Shown in pieces: positions 20,150-29,687 of a stretch of 64,000 bases of DNA. How positions within the stretch are numbered: position 1 is the first letter of the stretch; each line of letters opens with the position of its first letter. The notes below the pieces were generated by a model. It saw nothing but the letters and a program-made list of their open reading frames with translations, ran no database searches and was not told the origin of the DNA. Position numbers and translations under genes: made by a program. Source of the stretch: Candidatus Anderseniibacteriota bacterium (GTDB lineage: Bacteria; Patescibacteriota; JAUYIX01); NCBI GenBank assembly GCA_046350855.1, contig JAXLZM010000002.1, positions 142,103-206,102 on the forward strand. The letters are read 5' to 3'.

Positions 20150-21118
20150 CTACCGTAGCCCGGTCGCTTTGCGCACCTTTTGCATGGTCTGCTCGGCCCG
20201 CACACTCGCTTTTTTGGCATTGGCCTGGAGCAGCTCTAGGATAAACCCGTCACCTTTGGCTTTGAGTTCAGCATACTTTTTTTGGAGCGGTGCCAAATAC
20301 CCCGCAATATTTTTAGCGACGTGTTCTTTGTAGGCCTCGCAGTTACGATCCTCTTTGTGACACTGGGTCGAGAGTTGCTTTGTTTCCGCGCTTGGGAACT
20401 GCCGGTCATGCCATTCAAAAATGGTAATGGGGCGCTGACCCTCAAATGAGTTAGCCCGCTCCGGGTTGATTACCGCCTTGCGGATTTTTTTGCGAATCAC
20501 CTCGGCCGAGTCCAAAAGCTCTAAGGTGTTGCCGAGTGATTTGCTCATTTTGCCTTTGCCATCCAGGCCAATAATGCGAGCCGCATCGTTGACCTGTGCC
20601 CGCGGCAACTTAAACGTCTCGCCAAAGCCTTTGTTAAATTTGCGCGCGGCAATGCGTGTTAACTCGACGTGCTGAGCTTGGTCTTGTCCAACCGGTACCA
20701 GATCGCCGTCATACAACAAGATATCGGCCGCCATCAAGACGGGGTAGGCAAAAATGCCAAAGTTCAGTTTTTTATGCTGAGTGGCTTTTTCTTTGTACTG
20801 AGTCATGCGCTCGAGTTCGGCCACAGGTAGTTGAGTCCCTAAGATCCAGGCTAACTCGCTATGCTGGGGTACCTCGGACTGGATAAAAATCAGAGATTTT
20901 TGTGGATCGATCCCCGCCGCTAAATAAACCCGCACCAACTCCAAAATGCGGGTACGTAGTTGGGCAGGCTCGTAGGGAATCGTCATGGCATGCAGATCGG
21001 CGACAAAGAGGACGCACTCGTGCTCGCGTTGCAGTTTAACCAGCGGCTCAATGGCCGTGACCAAATTGCCGATATGCAGACTGCCCGTCGGCTGGAGGCC
21101 GGTAATTACGGATGACAT
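20150..21118 (-). CDS. trpS: tryptophan--tRNA ligase
   Basis: Class I signatures TGSLHIGN (HIGH-like) and KMSKS. Confidence 0.9.
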   Translation of the reverse strand: MSSVITGLQPTGSLHIGNLVTAIEPLVKLQREHECVLFVADLHAMTIPYEPAQLRTRILELVRVYLAAGIDPQKSLIFIQSEVPQHSELAWILGTQLPVAELERMTQYKEKATQHKKLNFGIFAYPVLMAADILLYDGDLVPVGQDQAQHVELTRIAARKFNKGFGETFKLPRAQVNDAARIIGLDGKGKMSKSLGNTLELLDSAEVIRKKIRKAVINPERANSFEGQRPITIFEWHDRQFPSAETKQLSTQCHKEDRNCEAYKEHVAKNIAGYLAPLQKKYAELKAKGDGFILELLQANAKKASVRAEQTMQKVRKATGLR

Positions 21119-21183
21119 AGCGCTATCCTACACTAGGCCCTAGTGATCAAGCCAGGGCCTTGGTGCAGTCTATAGTGTGTAGA

Positions 21184-23160
21184 TTACGCTCGGACGACGA
21201 TCGGCAAGATCATCGGGCGACGCTCGGTTTTACCCCAGATGAACTCCGCCAACTCGTTACGGATGCGTGAGTTGAGGTAGTCCACGTTGACTTCGGCATT
21301 GGGGGAGACCCCGGCCAAAATCGCTTTGACGCGCTCCTCGATCTCTTTACCGAGTTTGGCGTTGTGTTGGAGCGAGGCAAAGCCACGGCTGATCACCATC
21401 GGCTCGCGCACCATTTGGCCGTGAGCGTTGGTGGTCACGATAATGACTAAGAGTCCCTCGGCGGCAAGCTCTTTGCGATCGCGCAAAACGATCTGTGAGA
21501 TGTCGCCCTCGCCCAGTCCATCCACCAAGACGTTGCCAGCTGGCACTTTAAACTTGGTTAGGTCGCCACGACCGGTTTGGTCAAACTCTAAGACATCACC
21601 GTTCTCGATCACAAAACTGTTGTGACGGGGGATACCCACCGGGACGGCCAGCTCGGCGCACAACTTGCGCCGCGTAAAGTTGGCGTGGATCGGGATCAAG
21701 TATTTGGGACGAACCAAGCGCATCATCAACTTGAGGTCCTCGTTTTTGCCATGCCCTCCCGCATGCACGTCCATGATCGATTTTTCGATGATCTGCGCCC
21801 CTTGGCGGGTAAGCGAGTCTTGCAAGGCTTCGATACCCCGCTCGTTGCCCGGGATAACGGACGAACTAAACAGTACCGTATCGCCTGGTTTGATCGCGAT
21901 ACTACGATGTTCGCCATTGGCGATGCGCATCAGCATGGCAAACTCCTCGGCTTGCGCGCCCGTGCCGATCACCATGACTTTATTGTCGGGGTAGTTGTTC
22001 ATCTCACGAACATCGATCAAGGTACCGGGTTTGATACGGATGACCTGTAGCTGATGCGCGATCTCGGTGTAGGACTTCATGCCACGACCCTCGAGAACCA
22101 CTTTGCGGCCGTATTTTTCGGCCAGGTTAAGTAGCATTTGCACGCGGGTAATGAGCGAGGCAAAGGTCACCGCGATCAAACGACCTTTGGTGTCTTTAAA
22201 GACATCCTCTAGGGTGCGTTGCACGTCGGTTTCGGAGATTTGGTGCCCGGGGTAGCCCGCATCGGTCGAGTCGATCAAAAGCGCCAAGACCCCTTTGTCA
22301 CCGATCTGCGCGATGTGACCGACATCCGATGGCTTGCCGAGGGTGGGTGAGAGGTCAAACTTAAAGTCGCCTGAGTGCACGATCGTGCCATTGGGCGTAT
22401 GGATCGCAAAGCCGACCGCCTCCGGAATATTGTGGTTGATATGAAAGATCTCAACCTTAAACGCCCCGAGCTGAATCACATCACGTGGTGTAAAGGTATT
22501 GATCTTAAAGCGATCTTTGTTGCCAAATTCTTCTTGGCGTTTTTCGATGAGCGCTTTGCTCAAGGGAGTGCAGTAGATCGGCGGATAATTGAGCAAGGGC
22601 GCAATGTGCGGCAGACCACCGATGTGGTCCAAGTGACCGTGACAGACCAACATGGCGCGGATGCGACTAGCATTCTCGCGCAAATACGATGAGTTAGGGA
22701 TGACGTAGTCTACGCCAGGCAGAACCTCCGAGTCGGCAAACCAGGTGCCGCAGTCGATAGTAATGATGTCGTCACCGTATTCGAGGACGGCCATGTTGCG
22801 CTCTCCGGGGGTCTCAAGACCACCCAAAAAGAACAAGCGTAATTTGTTAGCACCCACCGCGGGAACCTGCATGGGCTCCTGTGTGGTGGCAATCTCCATA
22901 CGGTAGCGTGGCCCGGCTGGTTTACCCGGACGGCGGACAAAGCGATCGCGTCCGCCTCTAAAGCGACCACCCCCGCCGCCACTGCGGCGGCCTTTATTGC
23001 GGCCGCCAGAGCCTCGGCCCCCCGAGCGTTGCCTGTTAAAGGGGCGGTCCGATCCGCGGCCGGCTTGGCCGGGACCACTCGGTCGGCGGTTTTGTTGATT
23101 GTTTGTGCCGCTACGCGGCGTAGTAGATCCGCTTTTAGGGCGGAAAAATCGTGCGTTCAT
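21184..23160 (-). CDS. rnj: ribonuclease J with ~95-aa Arg/Gly-rich N-terminal extension
   Basis: Metallo-beta-lactamase HGHLDHIGG, beta-CASP and C-terminal domain; N-terminus is RGG/RG repeat rich. Confidence 0.9.
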   Translation of the reverse strand: MNARFFRPKSGSTTPRSGTNNQQNRRPSGPGQAGRGSDRPFNRQRSGGRGSGGRNKGRRSGGGGGRFRGGRDRFVRRPGKPAGPRYRMEIATTQEPMQVPAVGANKLRLFFLGGLETPGERNMAVLEYGDDIITIDCGTWFADSEVLPGVDYVIPNSSYLRENASRIRAMLVCHGHLDHIGGLPHIAPLLNYPPIYCTPLSKALIEKRQEEFGNKDRFKINTFTPRDVIQLGAFKVEIFHINHNIPEAVGFAIHTPNGTIVHSGDFKFDLSPTLGKPSDVGHIAQIGDKGVLALLIDSTDAGYPGHQISETDVQRTLEDVFKDTKGRLIAVTFASLITRVQMLLNLAEKYGRKVVLEGRGMKSYTEIAHQLQVIRIKPGTLIDVREMNNYPDNKVMVIGTGAQAEEFAMLMRIANGEHRSIAIKPGDTVLFSSSVIPGNERGIEALQDSLTRQGAQIIEKSIMDVHAGGHGKNEDLKLMMRLVRPKYLIPIHANFTRRKLCAELAVPVGIPRHNSFVIENGDVLEFDQTGRGDLTKFKVPAGNVLVDGLGEGDISQIVLRDRKELAAEGLLVIIVTTNAHGQMVREPMVISRGFASLQHNAKLGKEIEERVKAILAGVSPNAEVNVDYLNSRIRNELAEFIWGKTERRPMILPIVVRA

Positions 23161-23261
23161 ATAGTTTTGGTATCTCCTTAAATGAGTTTTGTTAGGATCG
23201 AACGGCGCTAGAGGGCGACCGCTGGACCGTGAATTAAAATAAAAATTCTAAAAAAATGTGA

Positions 23262-24953
23262 CTATGATTTGGGAATTCGTTTGGTTTTGATGTACCAGTT
23301 GTGGACATCATTAAAGCGATCGGCCGGAATAGTGATCGTGGTGAGCGCTACACCTTTGATTTTATCGCGCACCGCCATGACGTACTGTGGACTGTACAAA
23401 AAGATAGCGTGTAGCTCTTTAGCCAAGAGTTTGCTGATCGCAGTTTGTTTGGCGGCACGCTTGGCGGGATCGGTAGTTTGACGCGCTTCCTCGAGGAGCT
23501 TGTCGAGCTCATCGTCGCTAAACGAGGTTAAGTTGAGGCCCGGATCGGCGATCTGGGTCGAGTGCCAAAATGGGTAAAGGTCTGGATCCGCTCCCGTAAC
23601 TTCACCAAAGAGCAGGACCTGGTACTTGCGCTCACGAATATGGGTCTGTTGCAGTTCAGCCACGGGGGCATTGACGATTACGACCTCAATCCCAACCGCC
23701 TCCCAGTAGCCCTTGATCATCTCGGCCACGGCGCGGTTTTCGGCTGTGTCGGCCGTCACGATCTCTGCGATGAGTTTGTCTTTGTCCTTAAACCAGCGAC
23801 CGTCTTTAAAGGTCCAGCCGTCCTGCTTGAGCAAAGCCTTGGATTTTTCTGGGTCGTAGCCGTAGACCGTCACGTCGGCCGTGTACCCCAAGGCACCCGG
23901 TACCAACGGCGAGTTAACCACAACGCCGTGACCTTGCAGCACCTTCTCGACCAGTTCTGACTTTTTAATGGCATGCGAGAGCGCCTGTCTGACCGCATCC
24001 GGCCGTAAATACGTATTGGTGTTGGCATTAATAAAGAGAGCGTCGTAGCGCGGCAAGCCGATACTCAGGAGCTGCGCGTTGTTGTTTTGCAAACTGCCCG
24101 TCTCGCTAATGGGAATCCCCCCGACCGTGTCCACATCATTATCCTTATAGGCCTGCACCAAATCCTCGGGGGTCTCGTAAAACGTCACCGAAATAGCATC
24201 AATGTGTGGTCGTCCAAAATGGTAGGCCGGGTTTGCTACCAGGTGGAACTTCTTAATCTTACCGGTTTTGTCTTTGGTGAGCTCATCAAATTTATACGGA
24301 CCCGAACCGATCGGCTTGGTGTTGAGTTCTGCCAAACTGGCGTTGGCACCTGGCACCGAGGCCCAGAGATGCTCCGGTAAAATGCCAAAGGTGAGTGTGG
24401 ACTGGAAGGGCGCATAGACCTCTTGCAGGGTAAACTTGACCGTGCGCTCATCGACCTGTTCGACCGTCACACCTTTAAAGCCGAGATTGAGCGGGGACTG
24501 CCAGTTGGGATCCTGAATGGCCTTAACGGTAAAGACTACGTCGCTAGCGGTGAGCGGCTGATCGTCGTGCCACTTGAGGTTGGGACGCAGGACGACCGTG
24601 TAGGTTTTTTGGTCTTTGCTGACGCTGACCGACTCGGCCAGGTCACCGTAGAGTTTGGCCTCTTTATCGAGCTTAAACAAACTGCCAAAGACCAGCGTCG
24701 AGAGGTCCATATCAACATCGGAGGTAGGGGCGAGCAGCGGGTTGACGTAGCGCGGCTGGCCGACGATACCCAAGGTAATGCTCCCGCCCTGTTCGGCCAC
24801 TACCATGGTCGAGTTGAGGTAGTTGCGGAGTCCCCACCAGGTGGCACCTCCAAAAAAGACCACGATGGCGAGCAGGACGAGAGTCTTCTCGGTCAGTGAG
24901 AGGGTTTTGGGGAGCAACTTGAGGCGGCGCAAGGAGGCCAGTTTTTCTGCCAT
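23262..24953 (-). CDS. ABC transporter substrate-binding protein, family 5 (peptide/nickel-type), orphan
   Basis: N-terminal TM/lipo anchor, length and sequence pattern of OppA/DppA-like SBPs; no permease or ATPase nearby. Confidence 0.75.
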   Translation of the reverse strand: MAEKLASLRRLKLLPKTLSLTEKTLVLLAIVVFFGGATWWGLRNYLNSTMVVAEQGGSITLGIVGQPRYVNPLLAPTSDVDMDLSTLVFGSLFKLDKEAKLYGDLAESVSVSKDQKTYTVVLRPNLKWHDDQPLTASDVVFTVKAIQDPNWQSPLNLGFKGVTVEQVDERTVKFTLQEVYAPFQSTLTFGILPEHLWASVPGANASLAELNTKPIGSGPYKFDELTKDKTGKIKKFHLVANPAYHFGRPHIDAISVTFYETPEDLVQAYKDNDVDTVGGIPISETGSLQNNNAQLLSIGLPRYDALFINANTNTYLRPDAVRQALSHAIKKSELVEKVLQGHGVVVNSPLVPGALGYTADVTVYGYDPEKSKALLKQDGWTFKDGRWFKDKDKLIAEIVTADTAENRAVAEMIKGYWEAVGIEVVIVNAPVAELQQTHIRERKYQVLLFGEVTGADPDLYPFWHSTQIADPGLNLTSFSDDELDKLLEEARQTTDPAKRAAKQTAISKLLAKELHAIFLYSPQYVMAVRDKIKGVALTTITIPADRFNDVHNWYIKTKRIPKS

Positions 24954-24972
24954 AGCTAATAAGTGGAGAGAG

Positions 24973-25191
24973 TTAGGCGATCAAAACACGAGTGAGGGCG
25001 AGGCCGGCAAAAGCCACCGCAAAAATGATTGTGGCGTAAAAGACGATTTTTTCGGCACCACGCTTGGTGCGATAGACGTTACCTTCGCCACCAAAGACTT
25101 GGCCGAGGCCGACACCCTTGGGCTGAATCAAAACCGACACTACCAGCAAGCCCGCCGTAACCATCTGGGCGATTAGCAATACGTTATCCAT
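24973..25191 (-). CDS. secG: preprotein translocase subunit SecG
   Basis: Two TM helices with LIQPKGVGLGQVFGG motif typical of SecG. Confidence 0.75.
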   Translation of the reverse strand: MDNVLLIAQMVTAGLLVVSVLIQPKGVGLGQVFGGEGNVYRTKRGAEKIVFYATIIFAVAFAGLALTRVLIA

Positions 25192-25286
25192 GAGCGCTAC
25201 TTGATATCACGGGCGGTGTCATATGTCAATTCACGGGCCGTACGCAAGTTGGAGCGAGAGTCCACGTGCGTCACGGTGATTTTTGG

Positions 25287-25706
25287 CTACTGACGGTCAA
25301 GATATTCGCAGTTGTCCGGGGTCGTTGCATTCTCGTCCACGCAAAAGGCGTAGGCCGTCTCGTCCTGCAAACAGGTGCCAAACGTGTCGACGTAAAAGCG
25401 GTAGTCCGGATTCTCCGGAGGTGGGACGGGCAGCGGTTTAAAGTTAGTAAAGCACGTACCAATCTCACTCAAGTCGGTCGAACCGGTGTTGTTAGTCGTG
25501 TTGTTTGAGGTGTTGTTGGTATTGGATTTGTTACCAGCCTCCAGTAGGGGGAACAAACTATTGTTGCCACAGTTGGGGTCCTCACCGATCGTACAGGGTG
25601 GTGTGGCGCGGGTGGCCGCTTGCGAACTGATAAAGAAATAACCAGCCACACCCAGCGCAATAACGCTGAGCCCGAGGGCGATCCAAGTAATGACTTTGCT
25701 GCTCAT
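25287..25706 (-). CDS. hypothetical secreted protein with Asn/Thr-rich low-complexity tract and Cys-rich C-terminus
   Basis: N-terminal TM/signal, NTNNTSNNTTNNTGST tract, 6 Cys. Confidence 0.4.
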   Translation of the reverse strand: MSSKVITWIALGLSVIALGVAGYFFISSQAATRATPPCTIGEDPNCGNNSLFPLLEAGNKSNTNNTSNNTTNNTGSTDLSEIGTCFTNFKPLPVPPPENPDYRFYVDTFGTCLQDETAYAFCVDENATTPDNCEYLDRQ

Positions 25707-25980
25707 GGGAGTGTGCGGCCAGTATAGCTAGCCGTCCCGACCATGTCGAGGCTTATTGACGCGCGAGGCATGGCGTACGCTTAGGCGCCCATGGCTACCG
25801 CGGCGACCCGGACCATGTCGCACGTCTTGCGGCTTGCCAGTCCCACCAGGGTGCCTTGCGGCTAAGCGTTGCAAGGTAAAGACATGCTTGCCCGTGACCG
25901 GCATGCGCTTGCGCTTTTTGTGTTCGCGTTTTTCGGCGCGGGTCCCATGCTCGCTGCGTCGGACCATTAGAGTGTAGACA

Positions 25981-28179
25981 TTAGGGTGCGATCAAAGTTT
26001 GGGCGACATTTTGCACCGCGCGCGAGACGGCCGCGGTTCCGCCGTAGATAAAGCCGTCCACGATCGTGCTGGCATGCTGCTCGAGGTAGTCCCAAATCGG
26101 TTGCGGTAGATTCTCTGGCTGAACCAATACAATCGGTGCCGTGGTATCTGCCGCGAGGTTGGCACCTGCTAATCCATCGGCAAAATTTGTACCGGTTGCA
26201 AGAGCAACGTTATCTGCGCGTGGGTAGAATTTTTCAGCCACTTTTTGCGAGGTCTCGTAGCGGTCCTCGCCAGCGATACGTTTGACGTTGATGCCGCGCG
26301 CGCTGAGTTGGTCTGCCACTGCTTGGCTGATGACCGACTCACCCCCGATCAAAAAGATGCCTTTAACGGTGTTGCCGATGGGGCCGTCCAAAAAGTCGAG
26401 TGTGGCCTGTGGTATGGAATCTTTGCTGGTTAAGAGAATTTGTTCGCCCCGCTCGGTGGCCGGACCTGCTGCCGACAAAATATCCGGGAAATTTGCCCCA
26501 GTGCCCATAAAGATGTTGTCGTGCTTGCTGCCGACTAAGGTCGCAATGGTCGCTGCGGTTTCAAAACGATTGTTGCCGGCCACGCGCACCACCGTAAAAC
26601 CAAGCCCTTCTAAGTCGTTAGTCACCTCCTGGCTAACGGCGGAGGTTCCACCCAGGATGAACACTCGCTTGCCTTGATCACGAGCCAAAACCCGATCAAT
26701 CTCGGTTGCGGTGGCGGGCGTAATGTCATTGCTTGCGGTCAAGAGCAGGGGTCCTTCGGCGTACCAGCGTGCGAGCACCGCACCACCTAAAGCGTCCGGC
26801 CAGTTTTCCCCGGTTGCGAGGACGACGCCCTTAGCACTGTGCGCAGTGGGGAACTGCTCTTGGCTAATGGCGATGGCAGTCTCGTAGCGGTTGCTGCCAA
26901 AGAGGCGTTTGAGTGAGTCGGGCACACCTTGCCCGTAGGCGCTCAACCCGTCCCACATGGCTTTGTCGCCGTCTTCGTAGCCGAGGGCCCAGACTGCCAC
27001 ACCACCCAGGTCCTGCGCATCGGCAAAATTGTATTTGTTAACCAGACTCTGGGCGTCGTCGTACCAAGTCTGGAATTGCTGTCCCGCTGCTGCGGTCGTG
27101 TAGGGGACCTGCGACGGTGCGTACCAGTTTTTGTTGTGGAGGGCGGCCTCCTCCTCAGCCTCGGTAAAAAGCAGCGGGCCAAGCCAGTCGCCACCCCCGC
27201 TACACGATGGGCTCACGCTTTTTGGTACGGATGAACCGCTCGTCTCCCAGCTGCCACCGTACCAGGGCACTCCGAGGATGAGTTTGTCTGGTCCGGCCGA
27301 ACCGAGTTCAGCCAAATAGGTCTGCACCGATTTTTGTACGGAATAATTGGCGCGCCAGCTCGTGTCATAAAGAGGAGCGATCGGGCCAGCCGTGTCGCTC
27401 CAGCAACCCCAGTAGTCGTAGCCCATCATGATGAGGCCGTCAGAGTTGGCGGCGAGGGCTGCGATATCAAAGGCGCTGGTCCAGTCGATGGCGGGAATGT
27501 CGATCGTCACGGTCGAGCCAGACTTGGCCGCATGCATCTTGCTCGTGAGCGTCTTGATAAAGTCGGTTAGCGCCGCGCGATTGCTGCTTTGGATCAGCTC
27601 GAGGTCGACGTTGATTCCGTCCGCATCCTCGGCCACTACTTTGGCGACCAAGGCGTCGGCCGCGCGGGTGTAGTAGGTCTTGCTGGTGAGTAAGGCATTG
27701 TTAGCACTGACATCGGTGCTTGTCATAGCGTACTCGACACGCACCCCGTTAGCATGGGCCAAGTCGACCAGTCCGGCGGGTGCTGCGTAGTTGGGATTGC
27801 TCGTGTCGAGGTAGCCGTCAAATTTTACCTGCAACTTAAAAAAGACGAGCGTACTGAGCGCCGACCAGCGGTAGTCAGCTTCGGAGCCGTTCATCCAGTA
27901 GGGGTGAAAACCATAGACTTTGTGTGCCGTGGCGGTGCTGGGGGTGACGGACTGCGCACTCGGTCCTGTATTGAGGCTGCTCGGTTGCTCAACCGTGTGG
28001 GCAAACTGCTTGTGCGCATTGAGCTGATCTTGTTCAGCTCGAGAGGAGGTAAATCCTGCCGGTGCGCCGCCCGCAGTCTGGGCCGCTGCTCGTGCGGCTG
28101 TTGGTGCGGTAAAAATCTGCTGCACAAAGGGCAGTGACAAAACGAGCAGACTGACAGCGGCAAGCCGACGATACCTCAT
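25981..28179 (-). CDS. secreted glycoside hydrolase family 18-like protein with three C-terminal cell-wall-binding CWB2 repeats
   Basis: Signal peptide; GH18-like motifs YGFHPYW, DADGINVDLE (DxxDxDxE-like), MGYDYWG, GGVAVWALGYED; three copies of N(R/N)(Y/F)ET(A/S)... repeats with GENWPDAL-like cores. Confidence 0.65.
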   Translation of the reverse strand: MRYRRLAAVSLLVLSLPFVQQIFTAPTAARAAAQTAGGAPAGFTSSRAEQDQLNAHKQFAHTVEQPSSLNTGPSAQSVTPSTATAHKVYGFHPYWMNGSEADYRWSALSTLVFFKLQVKFDGYLDTSNPNYAAPAGLVDLAHANGVRVEYAMTSTDVSANNALLTSKTYYTRAADALVAKVVAEDADGINVDLELIQSSNRAALTDFIKTLTSKMHAAKSGSTVTIDIPAIDWTSAFDIAALAANSDGLIMMGYDYWGCWSDTAGPIAPLYDTSWRANYSVQKSVQTYLAELGSAGPDKLILGVPWYGGSWETSGSSVPKSVSPSCSGGGDWLGPLLFTEAEEEAALHNKNWYAPSQVPYTTAAAGQQFQTWYDDAQSLVNKYNFADAQDLGGVAVWALGYEDGDKAMWDGLSAYGQGVPDSLKRLFGSNRYETAIAISQEQFPTAHSAKGVVLATGENWPDALGGAVLARWYAEGPLLLTASNDITPATATEIDRVLARDQGKRVFILGGTSAVSQEVTNDLEGLGFTVVRVAGNNRFETAATIATLVGSKHDNIFMGTGANFPDILSAAGPATERGEQILLTSKDSIPQATLDFLDGPIGNTVKGIFLIGGESVISQAVADQLSARGINVKRIAGEDRYETSQKVAEKFYPRADNVALATGTNFADGLAGANLAADTTAPIVLVQPENLPQPIWDYLEQHASTIVDGFIYGGTAAVSRAVQNVAQTLIAP

Positions 28180-28200
28180 AAGGGCATCCTAGCAGACCAA

Positions 28201-28228
28201 TTGTGATCTCGCTGTTAACCGTTATACT
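28201..28228 (+). promoter_or_regulatory. sigma70-like promoter TTGTGA-16-TATACT, 8 nt before the ATG (leaderless-type)
   Basis: -35 at 28201-28206, -10 at 28223-28228, ATG at 28237. Confidence 0.35.
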
Positions 28229-28236
28229 AAAGCGGT

Positions 28237-29352
28237 ATGAGCAAGAGAACGCAGCGCGGCCTCATTATTCTGGGATCTTTTGCAGTCCTCGCCATCGCTG
28301 CGGTGATCGTGGCCTACGGCGACGAGATCGTGACGTTTGTATCAGGGCCAGCCAAAAAAAATACCGTGAACACTGTACAGTCGGCTGACAGTGCAGCATA
28401 TAGGGCAAAGCTTGATGCATATCTTAAGGCTGACACTTCGGCTAAGCGCATTACCGACGCAGAAAAAAATAAAAAAATTACCCATTCTGAAGCATTGGTT
28501 CAGTATCTTAAACTCGCCCTTGATCCTGCCTCATTGGAACCTAGTTTTGTTGGAACCGTACAATTTGATCCGCAATTTACTGGCCCCGATCCTTTTCAGA
28601 ATGCAATAACAGAAAGTTTTTCTAATAGAAAGCAATTTTCTCCCGCGCAACTTAAGGAAATTGACCGCTTGACCGCACCTGCGACTGAAGATGGAAAAGT
28701 TTCGTATAACCTAAAGGCGCAAATTTCCATTATTGAAATCCCAAGGTCATTTGTTTGTAATCCACCAATAACCAATGCGATCTGTGGGAAAAACTTTATG
28801 ATACATAAGGAAAGTGATCAAGATTTTACAAGAGCAAAAATTGTTCTTAGTCAGCTCGAATCTGACTATACTCAGTCGCAAGACAGCAGCAAGGGATTTT
28901 CCTTTACGCCACCCCGTCATGACGGAAATTGCCAAGACAAACGAACTAATGGTCTTATCGATGTATATCTTGTAAAGAATTTACCCTCTTACGCTGATGG
29001 CTTTGCGGTGCCCTGTCTTGATTCTTATGGGGTATACCAGGGAGGATATATTCAACTAAGCAGCGAAATTCCTCTGGATGTAATTCCATTTACAGCCACA
29101 CATGAATTCACGCACCTCTTGCAATTTGAAGCCGGGCAATTAAAAGGCAACGCAAACGCTACCTTTATTGAGGGCGGTGCAGAGGTTCGTCTAACCACTA
29201 TGAGCTGGGTACGCCAGTGGAAAGTGGCTATCTACAAATGGCCAGTTTTGCCCAATATATGCCCGTCACTTCTCCTTGACGTTCCCGATGTGTATCCTCC
29301 CAGACCAGAAGATAGGCCGTTGTATGGCATTTATTATCTTGAGAGACTCTAG
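28237..29352 (+). CDS. hypothetical secreted protein with HExxH motif (putative zinc metallopeptidase)
   Basis: N-terminal TM anchor; ATHEFTHLLQFEAGQ. Confidence 0.5.
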   Translation: MSKRTQRGLIILGSFAVLAIAAVIVAYGDEIVTFVSGPAKKNTVNTVQSADSAAYRAKLDAYLKADTSAKRITDAEKNKKITHSEALVQYLKLALDPASLEPSFVGTVQFDPQFTGPDPFQNAITESFSNRKQFSPAQLKEIDRLTAPATEDGKVSYNLKAQISIIEIPRSFVCNPPITNAICGKNFMIHKESDQDFTRAKIVLSQLESDYTQSQDSSKGFSFTPPRHDGNCQDKRTNGLIDVYLVKNLPSYADGFAVPCLDSYGVYQGGYIQLSSEIPLDVIPFTATHEFTHLLQFEAGQLKGNANATFIEGGAEVRLTTMSWVRQWKVAIYKWPVLPNICPSLLLDVPDVYPPRPEDRPLYGIYYLERL

Positions 29353-29687
29353 AAAAGAACTAACAAATGCTGTATTAAAAGCTACCTGGACTGTGGTAGT
29401 TCACTTAAGGTTTTCAAAATGCACTTGGCAGTGCTTTGAAGTTTACCGATTCCAAAAATGGAACAGGAACGTGCAAGTTTTCTGATACTAAGAGGACTAC
29501 TCGCTTTCGGCTACGCTGGTTATGTCATCGTCGGTTTGCCCGAGGGCAGTCTGTACCCGCGATTGGCAACGGGTGCCTTCGTCACCAGTCAATCACCCCA
29601 AACGCCTTTTCATTATTCATATCCAGTAAGTATCCGAACACATTGCGCGCGGCGGGGTTGCTTTTTGGCGAGGTAGTCTTGTAAAAA

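Noticed and set aside
25728-25967. 79-aa extremely basic ORF (MVRRSEHGTRAEKREHKKRKR...) considered as a possible ribosomal protein
   Set aside because: Does not match L28/L31/L33/L34/S21 patterns; lies in a GC-rich spacer where random ORFs are long
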